64,000 nucleotides of DNA. Origin: the human T2T-CHM13v2.0 reference genome, Homo sapiens. The stretch lies in assembly GCF_009914755.1 (NCBI RefSeq), contig NC_060932.1. One strand, written 5' to 3'. Under the pieces are notes generated by a model. The model saw only the letters and a list, made by a program, of their open reading frames with translations. It had not been told where the DNA came from and searched no databases. How positions within the stretch are numbered: the stretch's first letter is position 1; each line of letters starts with the position of its first letter. The position numbers and the translations under genes are program-made. Positions 44,147-58,129 of this stretch are shown here, piece after piece.

Positions 44147-44299
44147 TAAATTAACCATACGATGACTCACTCAGTGTCCCGCCCCTTTGCTAGAATACAG
44201 ATTCCAAGGGCTCAGAGATCAGGTCCATCTCCCTCCCTGCTCTAGGCCCACCTGCTAGCACATAGCATTTCTCAAGGCTGCCATCAAAATTGCTCATTA

Positions 44300-44756
<457 letters not shown>

Positions 44757-45210
44757 TCATGTCCAAACATCCTTCACATCTGTACATTTAGATTTTCTGT
44801 TCGTCTTCTGCGGATGGTCAGCCACACACCTATCTGCTCCCTGCCACCCCTGTGGACACCACCACCCAGTACTTCCTCCCTGCTTCTTCCCTAGGGACTT
44901 CTTCCCCCTCACCTCTTCATTCTCTTCACATGACCACTGATGGACCTCTGAGCTTCCTCTCCTAATCACAGTCTTGGAGGCTGTCCTGGGAGTCCTGGTG
45001 CCTACCCCATTCCAGACCACCAAGGTCAACAGATAAAGGTGGCTTCAAAGGAAGCCCCAAGTTGTGGGCTCACACTGTCCTCGCACTGGTCAGGGAGCTG
45101 TGAGAAAGGCAGAAAATTCCATCTCTCTCCATGGAAAAGAATGCATCTGTAGGTTTGTTTTCAAGGTTACACTCGGGGTCTCACTCTGCCTGTTTCGTGC
45201 TTGCTTCCAG

Positions 45211-45350
45211 TTCCCAGTGGCCCTCCCTCAACAACCATCTTGGCTTCTTCAAACAAAGTGAAAAGTGGGGACGACATCAGTGTGCTCTGCACTGTCCTGG
45301 GGGAGCCCGATGTGGAGGTGGAGTTCACCTGGATCTTCCCAGGGCAGAAG
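45211..45350 (+). CDS. PDGFRL: PDGFRL coding exon ((V)PSGPPSTTILASSNKVKSGDDISVLCTVLGEPDVEVEFTWIFPGQK)
   Basis: cttccAG acceptor at 45209-45210, donor aag|GTaagt at 45351; 140 bp, phase 1 to 0. Confidence 0.97.
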
Positions 45351-45659
45351 GTAAGTGTTGTACCTGCATCTCAGCCCCTGCGTCTCAGCCTCTGCATCTC
45401 AGCCAGCCATTTTAATTCACAGCTTCGTCCCCACCCAGTGCTATATGCCATAACTTCAGAAGTGCAAGAAACATGTGGGGCTATGTTGGGGGCCAGGTAT
45501 TGTTTGTTTTTTTTGAAGATGTTTCGGTATATTTAAAAATGAATTTCTTTTAAGGACAGGAAATAAGAGATTGAGTTTCATTAGTCAGTTTGCTCAATGT
45601 ACCCTCTTCATATGCAGGTTTTTTTTTTTTTAAACCCTTAAGTAAGAAAGGACAGTAAT

Positions 45660-46127
45660 GCTCATTGCAGCGCCATTCACAATACCAAAGACATGGAATC
45701 AACCTAAATGCCCTTCAATGGTAGACTGGATAAAGAAAACATAGTACATATACACCAAAGAATACTATGCAGCCATGAAAAAGAATGAGATCATGTCCTT
45801 TGCAGGAACACAAATGGAGCTGGAGGCCATTATCCTTAGCAAACTAACACAGAAACAGAAAACCAAATACCTCATGTTCTCACTTTTAAGTGGGAGCTAA
45901 ATGATTAGACTACATGGACATATAGAGGGGAACACACACTGGGGCCTACCTGGGGGTGGAGGGTGGGAGGAGGGAGAAGATCGGGCAAAATAACTAATGG
46001 GTACTAGGCTGAATATTAATACCTGGGTGAGGAAATGATCTGTCATTTCATGACACGAGTTTACCTATATAACAGACTTGCACATATACCCCTGAACCTA
46101 AAATAAAAGGTTTTTTTTTAAAAAAAA
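45660..46127 (+). mobile_element. L1PA/PB 3' end, sense
   Basis: ggaatcaacctaaatgccc...gaacctaaaataaaag; TSD aaaggaca(g/t)t. Confidence 0.88.
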
Positions 46128-49100
46128 GGACATTGGGAGGAAAGGGAAATGAAGGATCTCCCTCTTTCCTCCTGCCCCCACCTCAGTCTTTCAATCCCAT
46201 CTTCTGGGCCAACTAGAGTCTAATCTAACCTCCTCCTGGGGTCCTTCAGAGTGTTCTCTTTGTTTTTAATATATTTTGTCATTTTTGATTTCAATCGGTT
46301 TTTAAGAACAGTAGGTGTGTGTTACGTGAATAAGTTCCTTAGATGATTTCTGAGATTTTGGTGTATCCATCACTTGAGCAGTGTACACTATACCCAATGT
46401 ATAGGCTTTTATCTCTCACCCCTCCCCCCAACCCTTTCCCCTGAATCCCCAAAGTTCATTGTGTCATTCTTAAGTCTGCATCCTCATAGCTTAGCTCGCA
46501 TTTAACAGTAAGAACATACCATGTTTGGTTTTCCATTTGTGAATTACTTCAATTAGAATAATGGTCTCCATCCAGGTTGCTGCAAATGCCATTATTTAAT
46601 TCCTTTTTATGGCTGAGTAGTATTCCATGGTATATATACTACATTTCTTTATCCACTCATTGATTGATGGGCATTTGAGCTGGTTCCCTATTTTTGCACT
46701 TGTGAATTGTACTGCTGTAAACATGTGTTCAAATATCTTTTTCATATTATGACTTCTTTTCCTCTGGGTAGATACCCAGTAATGGGATTGCTGGATCAAA
46801 TGGTGGTTCTACTTTTAGTTCTTTAAGCAATCTCCACAGTTTTCCATAGTGGTTGTACTAGTTTACATTCCCACCAGCAGTGTAACAGTGTTGCCTTTTC
46901 ACCACATCCATGCCAACATCGATTATTTTTTAATTTTTAAATTATGGCCATTCTTGCAGGAGTAAGGTGGTATCACATTGTGGTTTTGATTTGCATTTCC
47001 CTAATCATTAGTGATGTTGAGTACGTTTTCATATGTTTGTTGGACTTTGGTATATCTTTTGAGAATTGTCTATTCATGTCCTAAGCCCAATTTTTGATGG
47101 GATTGTTATTTTCTTGCTGATTTGTTTGAGTTCCTTGTAGATTCTGGGTGTTAGTCCTTTTTCAGATGTATGGATTGCAAAAATTTTCTCCCACTCTGTG
47201 GGTTGTGTGTTTATTCTACTGATTATTTCTTTTGCTGTGCAGAAGTTTTTTAGTTTAATTAAGCCCGATCTATCTTTGTTTTTGTTGCATTTGCTTTTTG
47301 GTTCTTGGTCATGAACTCTTTGCCTAAGCCAATGTCTAGAAAGGTTTTTCCACTGTTATCTTCTAGAATTTTTATGGTTTCAGGTCTTAGATTTAAGTAT
47401 TTGATCCACCTTGAGTTGATTTTTGTATAAGGTGAAAGATAAGGATTCAGTCTTATTCATCTACATTTGGCTTGCCAATTATTCCAGCACCATTTGGTGA
47501 ATAGGGTGTCCTTTCCCCATTTTATGCTTTTGTTTGCTTTGTCAAAGATCAGTGTAAGTATTTGGGTTTATTTCTGGGTTCTCTATTCTGTTCCACTGGT
47601 CTATGTGCTATTTTTATACCAGTACCATGCTGTTTTGGTGACTATGGCCTTATAGTATAGTTTGAAGTCAGGTAATGGGATGCCTCTAGATTTGTTTTTT
47701 TTTTTGCTTAGTCTTGTTTTGGCTATGCAGACTCTTTTTTGGTTCCACATGAATTTTAGGATTGTTTTTTCTAGTTCTGTGAAGAATGATGGTGGTGTTT
47801 TGGTGGGAATTGCATTGAATCTGTGGATTGCTTTTCGCAGTATGGTCATTTTCACAATATTGATTCTACCCATCCATGAGCATGCGATGTGTTTCCATTT
47901 GTTTGTGTCATCTATGATTTCTTTCAGCAGTGTTTTGTAGTTTTCCTTGCAGAGGGCTTTCACCTCCTTGATTAGGTATATTTCTGAGTATATATATTTT
48001 TTGCAGCTATTATAAAAGGGGTTGAGTTATTGATTTGATTCTCAGCTTGGTTGCTGTTGGTTTATAGCAGAGCTACTGATTTGTTTACATGAATTTTGTA
48101 TCCTGAAACTTTGCTAAATTCATTTATCAGTTCTAGCAGCTTTTTGGAGGAGTCTTTAGGGTTTTCTAGGTATATGATTACATCATCAGCAAACAGCAAC
48201 AGTTTGACTTCGCTTTATCGATTTGGATGCCCTTTATTTCTTTCTCTTGTCTGATTGCTCTGGCGAGGACTTCCAGTACTATGTTGAATGCAAGTGGGCA
48301 TCCTTGTCTTGTTGCAGTTCTCAGGGGAAATGCTTTCAACTTTTTCCCATTCAGTATAGACAGTTTTCATTACCTTAAGGTATGTCCCTTCTATGCCAAT
48401 TTTGCTGAGGGTTTTAATCATAAAGGGATGCTGGATTTTGTCAAATGTTTTTTGTGTGTCTGTTGAGATGATCATGCGATTTTTTGTTTTTAATTCTATG
48501 TGGTGTATCTCATTAATGTCTTGTGTATGTTAAACCACCCCAGTATGAAACCCATTTGATCATGGTGGACTATCTATTTGATATGCTGTTGGATTTGGTT
48601 AGCTAGTATTTTGTTAAGGATTTTTGCATCTATATTCATCAAACATGTTGGTCTATAGTTTTCTCTTTTTTGTTATGTCCTTTCCTGGTTTTGGTATTAG
48701 GGTGATACTGGCTTCACAGAATGATTTAGGGAGGATTCCTTCTTTCTGTGTCTTGTGAAATAATGTTGATAGGATTGATACCAGTTCTTAGAATGTCTGA
48801 TAGAATTCATTTGTGAATCCATCTGATTCTGGGCTTATTTTTGTTGGCAGTTTTTTAAATTACCATTTCAATCTCACTGCTTGTTATTGTTCTGTTCAGA
48901 GTTTCTCTTTCTTCCTGGTTTAATCTAGGAGGGTGGTATAATTCCAGGAATTTATCCATCTCTTCTAGGTTTTCTAGCTTGAGTATGTAAAGCTGTTCAC
49001 AGTAGCCTTGAATTATCTTTTGTATTTCTGTGGTATTGGTTGTAATATCTTGTTTCATTTCTAATTGAGCTTATTTGGATCTTCTTGGTTAATTTTGTTA

Positions 49101-49866
49101 ATAGTCTATCAGTTTTATTTATCTTTTCAAAGAATCAGCTTTTTGTTTATCTTTTGTATTTTTTTGGTTCAATTTCATTCAGTTCTGCTCAGATCTTTAT
49201 TTCTTTTGTTCTGCTATGTTTGGGTTTGGTTTGTTCTGGTTTTTCCAGTCCTTGAGGTGTGACCTTAGATTGTCTATTTGTGCTCTTTCAGACTTTTTGA
49301 TGTAGTCATTTAATGCTATGAACTTTCCTCTTAGCACTGCCTTTGCTGTATACCAGAGGTTTTGATAGGTTGTGCTACTATTTTCATTCAGTTCAAATAA
49401 TTTTTTAACTTCCATCGTGATTTCATTCTTGACCCAGTGATCATTCAGGAGCAGGTTATTTAATTTCCATGTGTTTGTATGTTTTGAGGGTTGCTTTTGG
49501 AATTGAGTTCCAATTTTATTCCACCGTGGTCTGAGAGAGTACTTGATATAATTTCAGTTTTCTTAAATTTATTGAAACTTGTTTTGTGGCTTATGATATG
49601 GTCTATCTTGGAGAATGTTCCATGTGCTGATGAATAGAATGTATATTCTGCAGTTGTTGGGTCGAATGTTCTACAAATAGCCCTTAAGTCCATTTGTTCT
49701 AGGTTATAGTTTAAATCCATTGTTTCTTTGTTGATGTTCTGTCTTGATTACCTATCTATTGCTGACAGTGGAGTATTGAAGTTCCCCACTATTACTGTGT
49801 TGCAGTCTATCTCATTTCTTAGGTCTAACAGTAATTGTTTTATAAATTTGGGAGCTCTGGCATTAG

Positions 49867-49870
<4 letters not shown>

Positions 49871-49924
<54 letters not shown>
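49871..49924. repeat. Pure (AT)27 microsatellite within L1 ORF2
   Basis: 54 nt uninterrupted atat. Confidence 0.97.
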
Positions 49925-49927
<3 letters not shown>

Positions 49928-50052
49928 GATATTTTCCTGTTGGGCAAGTCTTTTTATCATTACATAATGTCCCTCTTTCTCTTTTTTAACTGCTGTTTCT
50001 TTAACGTTTGTTCTGTCTGATATAAGAACAGCTACTCCTCTATAAGACAGGC

Positions 50053-50207
50053 CTGCACCTGTAATCCCAGCTACTAAGGAGGCTGAGGCACAAGAATCAC
50101 TTGAACCTGGGAGGTGGAGGTTGCATTGAGCCAAGATTGAGCCATTGCACTCCAGTCTGGCTGACAGAGTGAGACTCTGTCTCAAAAAAAACAAAACAAA
50201 CAAAAAG
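50053..50207 (+). mobile_element. 5'-truncated Alu (right arm) nested in the L1
   Basis: TSD aagaa(c/t)agctactcct. Confidence 0.9.
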
Positions 50208-53200
50208 AATAGCTACTCCTGCTCACTTTGGTGTCCCTTTGCATGGAATATCTTTTCCCAGCCCTTTACCATAACTTTATGTTAGTCCTATTTGTTAGGT
50301 GAGTCTCTTCAAAACAGCAGATACTTGGTTGGTGACTTCTTACCCATTCTGCCATTCTGAATCTTTTAAATGGAGCATTTAGGCCATTTACATTCAACAT
50401 TAGTATTGAGATGTGAGGTACTATTCTATTCATCTTGCTATTTGTTGCCTGAATACCTTGGTTTTTATTTATTTATTTATTTATTGTGTTTTTGTTTTAT
50501 AGGTCCTATGAGATTTATGCTTTAAGAAGGTTCTATTTTGGTGTATTTCAAGGATTTGTTTCAATATTTAGTGCTCCTTTTAGCATTTCTTATAGTGCTG
50601 GGTTTGTAGTGGCGAATTTTCTCAGCATTTGTCTGTCTGAAAAAGACTGTATCTCTCCTTCATTTATGAAGCTTAGTTTTGCTGTACACAAAATTCTTAA
50701 ATTATGATTCTTTTGTTTAAGGAGGCTGAAGGTAGGGCCTCAATTTCTTCTAGCTTGTAGGGTTTCTGCTGAGGAATCTGCTGTTAATCTGACATGTTTT
50801 CCTTTATAAGTTATCTGGTGCTTTTGCCTCACAGCTCTTAAGATTCTTTCCTTCATCTTCGCTTTAGATAACCTGATGACTCTGTGCCTAGGTGATGATC
50901 TTTTTGCAATGAATTTCTCAGGTGTTCTTTGAGCTTCTTGTATTCAGATGTGTAGCTCTCTAGCAAGGCCAGGGAAGTTTTCTTTGATTACTCCCTCAAA
51001 TATGTCTTTCAAACTTTTAGATTTCTCTTCTTCCTCAGGAACACCAATTATTCTTAGGTTTGTTTGTTTAATATAATCCCAAACATCTTGGAGGCTTTGT
51101 TCATTCTTTCAAATTCTTTTTTGTTTGTCTTTGTTCGATTGGGTTAATCCAAAAATCTGATGTTCGAGTTCTGAAGTTCTTTCTTCTGGTTGTTCAGTTC
51201 TATTGCTAAGACTTTCCAATGTATTTTGCATTTCTCTAAGTGTGTTCTTCATTTCCAGAAATTATGATTGTTTTCTATTTTTGCTATCTATTTCACTGAA
51301 GATTTTTCCCTTCATATCCTGTATCTTTTTTGATTTAATTAAGTTGGAGTTCACCTTTCTCTGATGCCTCCTTGAGTAGCTTAATAACTGACCTTCTGAA
51401 TTCTTTTTCTGGCAATTCAGGGATTTCTTTTTGGATTGGATAAATTGCTGGTGAGCTAGTGTGATCTTCTGGGGTGTTAAAGAAACTTGTTTTGAAATAT
51501 TACCAGAATTGTTTTACTGGTTCCTTCTTATTTGGGTAGACTATGGTAGAGGGAAGATCTGGGGCTCAAGGGCTGCTCTTCATATTCTTTTGTCCCATGG
51601 GGTGCTCTCTTGATACAGTGCTCTCCCCCTTCCCCTATGTGTGTGGCTTCCTGAGAGCCAAACTGCAGTGATTGTTATTTCTCTTCTGTACCTAGCCACC
51701 CAGCAGAGTTACTGGGCTCTGGGCTGGTACTTGGTGGTGCCTGTACAGAGTCCTTTGATGTCTCAGGTCTCTCAGCCATGGATGCCGGCAGCTGCTCTGA
51801 TGGAGGTGGCAGGGGAGTGAAATGGATGAACTCTGTGAGGGTCCTTAGTTGTAGTTTTGTTTATTGCACTAATTTTGTGTTGGTCTTCTGCCAGGAGGTG
51901 GCACTTTAAAGACAGCATTAGCTGCAGTAGTATAGGGAGGATCAGGTGGTGGGCAGGACCCTAGAGCTCCCAAGAGATTATGTCCTTTGTCTTCGGCTAC
52001 CAGGGTGGGTAGAAAAAGACCATTAGTTGGGGGTGGGCTAGGCGTGTCTGAGCTCAGACACTCTCCTTGGGCGGGTCTTGCTATGGCTGCTGTTGGGATT
52101 GGGGGTGTGGTTCTCAGGCCAATGGGGTTATGTTCCTCAGGGGATTATGGCTGCTCTGCTGTGTCATGCAGGTCACCAGGGAAGTGGGGGAAAGCCAGCA
52201 GTTACAGGCCTCACCCAGCTCCCACGTAGCCCAAAGGGCCGGTCTCACTCCCTCTGTCCCTGCCAACAGCACCGAGTTTGTTTCTAGGCAGTGGATGAGC
52301 AGGGTTGAGAACTTGTCCCAGGCTACCAGCCTCTTGGCTAAGAAAGCAAACAGGGTTTTCAGATTTCACATCTCCTACCTGCCATGGTTTCTGTGCTGTG
52401 TCTGCACTCCTGCTTCACCCCCTCACCCGAGTTCTGTCCAGGAAACTGTGTTTGGTCAAAATTGTTACAAAGTTCAGCTAGAAGTTTCCTTCTCCCTGTG
52501 GTCTTTTCCCAGTTTCTCTGGTAGCCCTCTCCAGGGATCTCTGTGAGACAAAGTCAGAAATGGCTTCTTTGGGGACTGAGAGAGCCCATAGGGCTCTTTC
52601 TGCTGCTCCTTTCTATTCCTGTGTTTCACTTGGCTAGAGTGTTCTCTATACAAGCTGTGCCCATGGCAAGCTGCTGTGAGCAGACATCCACCAAGTGGAC
52701 ATAGACCACGCCAAAAAGGTGCTGTGAGGCCAGAGATAATTTTAAAGTAGACTTCTCATAAAAGCAATTGCAGCGTATTTAGCCCTTGTGCATGTTCTGC
52801 TTGCTAAAATAACAGCTCTGCTCCCAGCACGGAATAATCCCTTTGTTGCCAGAAGAGATTTGGCCTCCACAAGACACATTAAGTAGCTGACATCCTTCTG
52901 GCCTATGGGCTGTGATTGGTAGAAAATAACTGTCTCTGGGGAATAGTGTTTTCCGGCATCCTGGTACCAGGCACTTGATTATCAAACGTGTTGGTCATAC
53001 TTACAGGACATTGATGATTTTCAATAGAGGTCCCCGCCCCCCCCCACCCCCCGCCACATTGCTATTTGGTATTTTATGAGAAAAGGTATTCACTTAGTGA
53101 TATATTAGTTCTGTTACATGAATTCAGAAAATACTATGTTCTTATCACTGGAGTTGGGTGGACATCTCAAAAGTGACCATCGCACTTTGTAGAAATAGGG

Positions 53201-53764
53201 GTCCTGTCATGTAGTACATTATCTTACCCATCCTTGGTACAACTTTTCTCCCACTAGAGTCCTAAGGCACACTGGCCTAATCATACTTCTCCCTCTCTCA
53301 AATCTGAGCAATTGGGAGCTCTTAGTCATTTATACAGTGGGTGCTTTTTCAGGCTACTGACTTTCAGTTCTGTAGGTAAGAACCACTTAGCTAGGAAAAG
53401 AAAGTGGGCAATGTGAAGAACGGGGCCAGTGGAAAATTTTGTCCCTGCTTATGCTTAATACCAGTTCCACTTCCTTGGAGTTCTAAAAGCATACATTTTA
53501 GATTAAGTAAAACCTTACAGAAGAAAAGGGCAGAAAGACAGTGCCAAACAACGTAATGAAATTCAAGGGCTGTTTGGAAAAAATGCAACCTAAAATGATT
53601 CCAGTGTAGAAGCTTCCACAGCTTATGAGCTACGCATACTAAACAGTCTTTTATAAGCATGTGCTTTGCTCTCTGAAAGGAACGCTCAACAGTGTTGGGT
53701 GAGTGGGAGCTCTTTATAGCAGCTTGTCCCTCTTGCTTCAGTCTTTGTGGGTGTCGTTAAACAG

Positions 53765-53953
53765 GATGAAAGGCCTGTGACGATCCAAGACACTTGGAGG
53801 TTGATCCACAGAGGACTGGGACACACCACGAGAATCTCCCAGAGTGTCATTACAGTGGAAGACTTCGAGACGATTGATGCAGGATATTACATTTGCACTG
53901 CTCAGAATCTTCAAGGACAGACCACAGTAGCTACCACTGTTGAGTTTTCCTGA
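53765..53953 (+). CDS. PDGFRL: PDGFRL last coding exon ([62 protein letters not shown])
   Basis: aacAG acceptor at 53763-53764, phase 0, TGA at 53951-53953; DAGYYIC Ig motif; no transmembrane segment. Confidence 0.97.
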   Translation, partial: DERPVTIQDTWRLIHRGLGHTTRISQSVITVEDFETIDAGYYICTAQNLQGQTTVATTVEFS

Positions 53954-54290
53954 CTTGGAAAAGGAAATGTAATGAACTTATGGAAAGCCCATTTGTGTAC
54001 ACAGTCAGCTTTGGGGTTCCTTTTATTAGTGCTTTGCCAGAGGCTGATGTCAAGCACCACACCCCAACCCCAGCGTCTCGTGAGTCCGACCCAGACATCC
54101 AAACTAAAAGGAAGTCATCCAGTCTATTCACAGAAGTGTTAACTTTTCTAACAGAAAGCATGATTTTGATTGCTTACCTACATACGTGTTCCTAGTTTTT
54201 ATACATGTGTAAACAATTTTATATAATCAATCATTTCTATTAAATGAGCACGTTTTTGTAAAAAATAAAAAGTGGGATAAGTGTTTTTTA
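53954..54290 (+). other. PDGFRL: PDGFRL 3' UTR (end approximate)
   Basis: Follows the stop codon; ATTAAA 54239-54244 and AATAAA 54264-54269, then a GT/T-rich stretch. Confidence 0.8.
54239..54269 (+). terminator. PDGFRL: PDGFRL polyadenylation signals (ATTAAA, AATAAA)
   Basis: Hexamers seen directly; downstream gtgtttttt element. Confidence 0.75.
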
Positions 54291-54944
54291 AGTTAAGTTG
54301 ACTTAAAATACATCCAGAAAGACTTGGTGGTGGTGATACGTGGGTCAATACCAAGTATTCTCTTTTATATCACCACAATATATTAGAATTTTAAAATGTA
54401 CTAGATACAGTTCAACTACTTACCCACAAGCAACAACTCCAGACTCAAATGCTTAGAAATGTCATTTTGTCTTAGTAGCAACTTTAACAAATGTGAGTTA
54501 ATTTATGAAGGTACTGAAAAAATTCAAGGACACTTCATTTTTTTAAACTGCTGCACTCAAAGGTGTAATTGTAGATTAGTCTATTCAATAACTAGAACAA
54601 GTTTTTAGAAGTTTAGCTTTCAATATGAAATAGATGCATAGATTAAGAACATTCAACTTTGTTTAGACATTTTTTACGATATTCAAAAATATTTACCAAG
54701 TTTGTCCAATTTTCTTATACAGCAGAAATTGTTACAGCCAGCCAAAATTTATTTGTCAAACATAGATAGCTTTGAATTTAGAGAAGAAGAGCTTACCTCT
54801 CACTCTAGCTCTGTGAGCCCATGACCAACTCTGCTGTTGCAGTGGAAATTCCTGGGAAATATAAACTAAGAGGAGATACGACCTTTACTGTGCTGTCACA
54901 GGGCTGTAAAAATGAAGAATTTGAAGAATGAAGTAGGTCAGAGG

Positions 54945-57073
54945 ATGCAATTCTTGAGTATTCCAGCATTATTTATTTGATCAGAGTAAAATACACTTCC
55001 CATCACTACAAACTGAGCACAACTACAGTTGTCTACACATTCATATTTTTGACGTGCCAACATTTTGCATTCTACATGAAACATTTGGTTTAAACAAAAT
55101 CTTAAGAATTCTCTATTTTGTTTCCCATCTTCCCTCCTGTTCTCTCCCATCCTCCAAAGATGTTTTATATTAACTGCTATGAGATTTATTTGCCGGTCAC
55201 GTAATACGGAGGACAGCAGGGAACAACACAAGATTTACCATGCCTAGGGGATGAATGGCAAACCCAACTTTGGCTAATGTCATTGAGAACAACTTGGAAG
55301 CGTGAGCAGAGATATCTCATGAAGTGGCAGTGAACCTACATTTCCATTTATCAGAAGCAAACATGGAAGGTTACATACATGATGAAGTATTGGAAGTTAA
55401 AGACTTAAGACACAAAATCACTAATTTAAAAGAACATGCAACATGAGTATCAACTTGCTATGTAGTGTACATGTAAATGACCCAAATATTCACCTCTAGC
55501 ATCCTGAATCTCTTCTTACTACAGCTGTTATTTGTACAGCCACTGAATGTAGATTAGTAAATACTGACATCACAATGTTGACACATGCAGGGAGGGGGAG
55601 ATAAAGCAACAGTTCTTCCTTCCACCTTTTCCAAAGTCTCAGGATTAGGGGAGGTAATAAGTTTTGGAAAGAAACTGAAATGCAACCTGGAGGAGAGTTG
55701 GACAAGCCACATTTTCCACTCATGGGAAAGAAGCGGACCATTCTGCTACTTTCCCAAAGACAAAGGGACTCCTTAAAGGGTAACTGAAAAATGAGCGCTA
55801 TCCTCCCAGACTGTTTTCTTCTATCAAGTACTGCATCATCGGTAAGCACTGAATCCTACCTTTCTTAATTATACTAGCCAATGACTTCCTTGTTCTCGTT
55901 CTTTATTCTAAGATTTCCCAAAATTTGTAATATCAAATCCAGGCTTTAGTTTATTTGGAAAGTGGTTTCAGCACCTGGAAGATGAGCTGGCTCTGGGGCT
56001 CTGGAAAATCATATTCCTTTATCCTTGTCCCAGAGAAAAGTAGGTAGGAGGTAGAAGGTTTGCTTTTGTGGCTCTGGATGGTGGAGAAAGGTAAAAGGAA
56101 AATGAGAATAATGGGAGGGAAGAAGACAGGTTAAATCTGCAAGGGTAGATCAAAGGTAAAAATAAGGTGGAAAAACCCATTGGTACTTCCCTTTTTCTTT
56201 CTTTACACAGTTAGTTAGTTTGTTTTTTTATAGAAAAATTAGGGTTCTACATTTACACATAGCCTGAGAAAATGAATTACAGGATAGTGTTAGGCTCACA
56301 TGGGTAAGTAAAAAATCTACAGAAAAATCTAGTTTCAACTGACATGGCTGAACACTGAAAAACTGCCAAGAAGTTACCCCCAAAAGATACAGAGAATGTA
56401 TAGACAGGGACAAGTCAAAGCTCTTCCTGTTATACCCTCTCCCTACCCTGTTACAGGGCTGAGCAGAGTTGGTGGTAGATGATCATAATTCAAGCAACTA
56501 TTGCTTTTTCTTCTATGGCTTTGGCTGAAATGTATATGCTGATTGATTGATTATTATTTGATTAGTACATATCCAGATATATTCAGATTTTGACATTTAA
56601 TACACAGCAGAGGAGGCTGCATCAGACACATGACACTCTGTGACATCCATTTCATTCACACCCCCCACCCCCACAGTCAGACTGAAAACTCACAAGAAGG
56701 TGTCTGTGGTGAAGAACATTACAAAGGTTATAAATCTTAATAGGGCCCTGAGAGTTTTTCCCCTTATGCTTAGGTGAAAAAGGCAATGAACAAGATGCTC
56801 TCGTTCTTTAAGTGCTTTGTGCAACAACGTCCGTGTCGATGCCGAAATCTTTTTTTAAATCTTTTTTTGGAGGAATCTTTTGGACGGAGGCAAAAGTCTT
56901 CCTCCAGACTTCCAGTCTCAGAAGCTGCGATTCCGCCGGTGGTGACGCTCCAGTTACCCTACGGTGATCACACGTGTGCTGATATACCTCTTGTGCCCAC
57001 GTTCCTCCTTGGGGTCAGTCCTGCAGACCTGCATCAAAATGCTTTCAGAGAGTCTGTGGACTTTGGGGACGTG
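54945..57073 (-). other. MTUS1: MTUS1 3' UTR (~2.1 kb, distal end approximate)
   Basis: Sequence with no recognisable interspersed repeats after the MTUS1 stop; minus-strand AATAAA at 54972-54977. Confidence 0.75.
54972..54977 (-). terminator. MTUS1: Probable MTUS1 polyadenylation signal AATAAA
   Basis: TTTATT on + strand; T-rich sequence downstream on - strand. Confidence 0.65.
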
Positions 57074-57287
57074 TCATCTGGGTGAAATGCTGGGGCTAGG
57101 GAAGGAGCCCGAATTCCTTGGTGACTGCAAAGGGATGGCGGAGGATGTGGGGGATCTCTTGGGGCTACACAGGTCCCCATTGTGCAGTTTCCACAGAAGC
57201 TCCTCGTTTTCCATAGAGAGTCGCTTGTTGACTTTCGACTCCTTCTCCAGCGACTCTTGCAGAACAGCCTGCTCCGTGGAAAGCTGC
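57074..57287 (-). CDS. MTUS1: MTUS1 last coding exon ((R)[70 protein letters not shown])
   Basis: Minus-strand acceptor ctttttcttcaAG (57289-57288), stop TGA at 57076-57074; 214 bp, phase 2; matches recalled ATIP/MTUS1 C-terminus. This frame is absent from the ORF track. Confidence 0.96.
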
Positions 57288-57437
57288 CTTGAAGAAAAAG
57301 GCCAGAAACCATGAGATCTATGTAAAAAAAAAAAAAACTTGAAAAATTTTTCTTAGCGTTTGAAACTTTAAAGTCCAAAATTATTCCTTTGGGATAAAAC
57401 AGAATCCTGCACAAGGTCACAGGTATTTGGCTGGCTA

Positions 57438-57774
<337 letters not shown>

Positions 57775-58129
57775 TCATAGTAGGCTGAGAGCCACTTTTG
57801 CAAATATTCGACATGTTTTATGACTATCTTATGTTGCAGGCTGTTTTCTATTTGGTTTTGTGTTGCTCTTTGTCTGAAAGCATTCTCAGAGGCAGCCAGA
57901 GGCCGTGGGAGCAGGCTTGCTGGCCTGGGTCTCAGTGTACAGTTTTCAGGCCGCTTTGGTAAAAGCATGAACTACTACAATCATATTTTCCACAGAGAAA
58001 TCAATGCCCTTTTAACCATCTGCTTCCATCATATTTCCAGGAGGTGCAGGGGTAGAGCGTGTCCAGAAAGTACACTGGATGTCCAAGGGAGCGGGGAGCT
58101 CGGGAGAAACAGCACTGTTTTATTTTTAC

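Larger units (their letters stand above)
46260..52635 (-). mobile_element. Near full-length, internally deleted L1PB-type element
   Basis: ORF2 remnants in minus-strand ORFs (NTPLSAIDR endonuclease; FDKIQHPFMIKTL RT; [16 protein letters not shown]); GC-richer 5' UTR at ~51500-52635; exact 12-bp TSD AGAGTGTTCTCT at 46248-46259 and 52636-52647. Confidence 0.93.
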
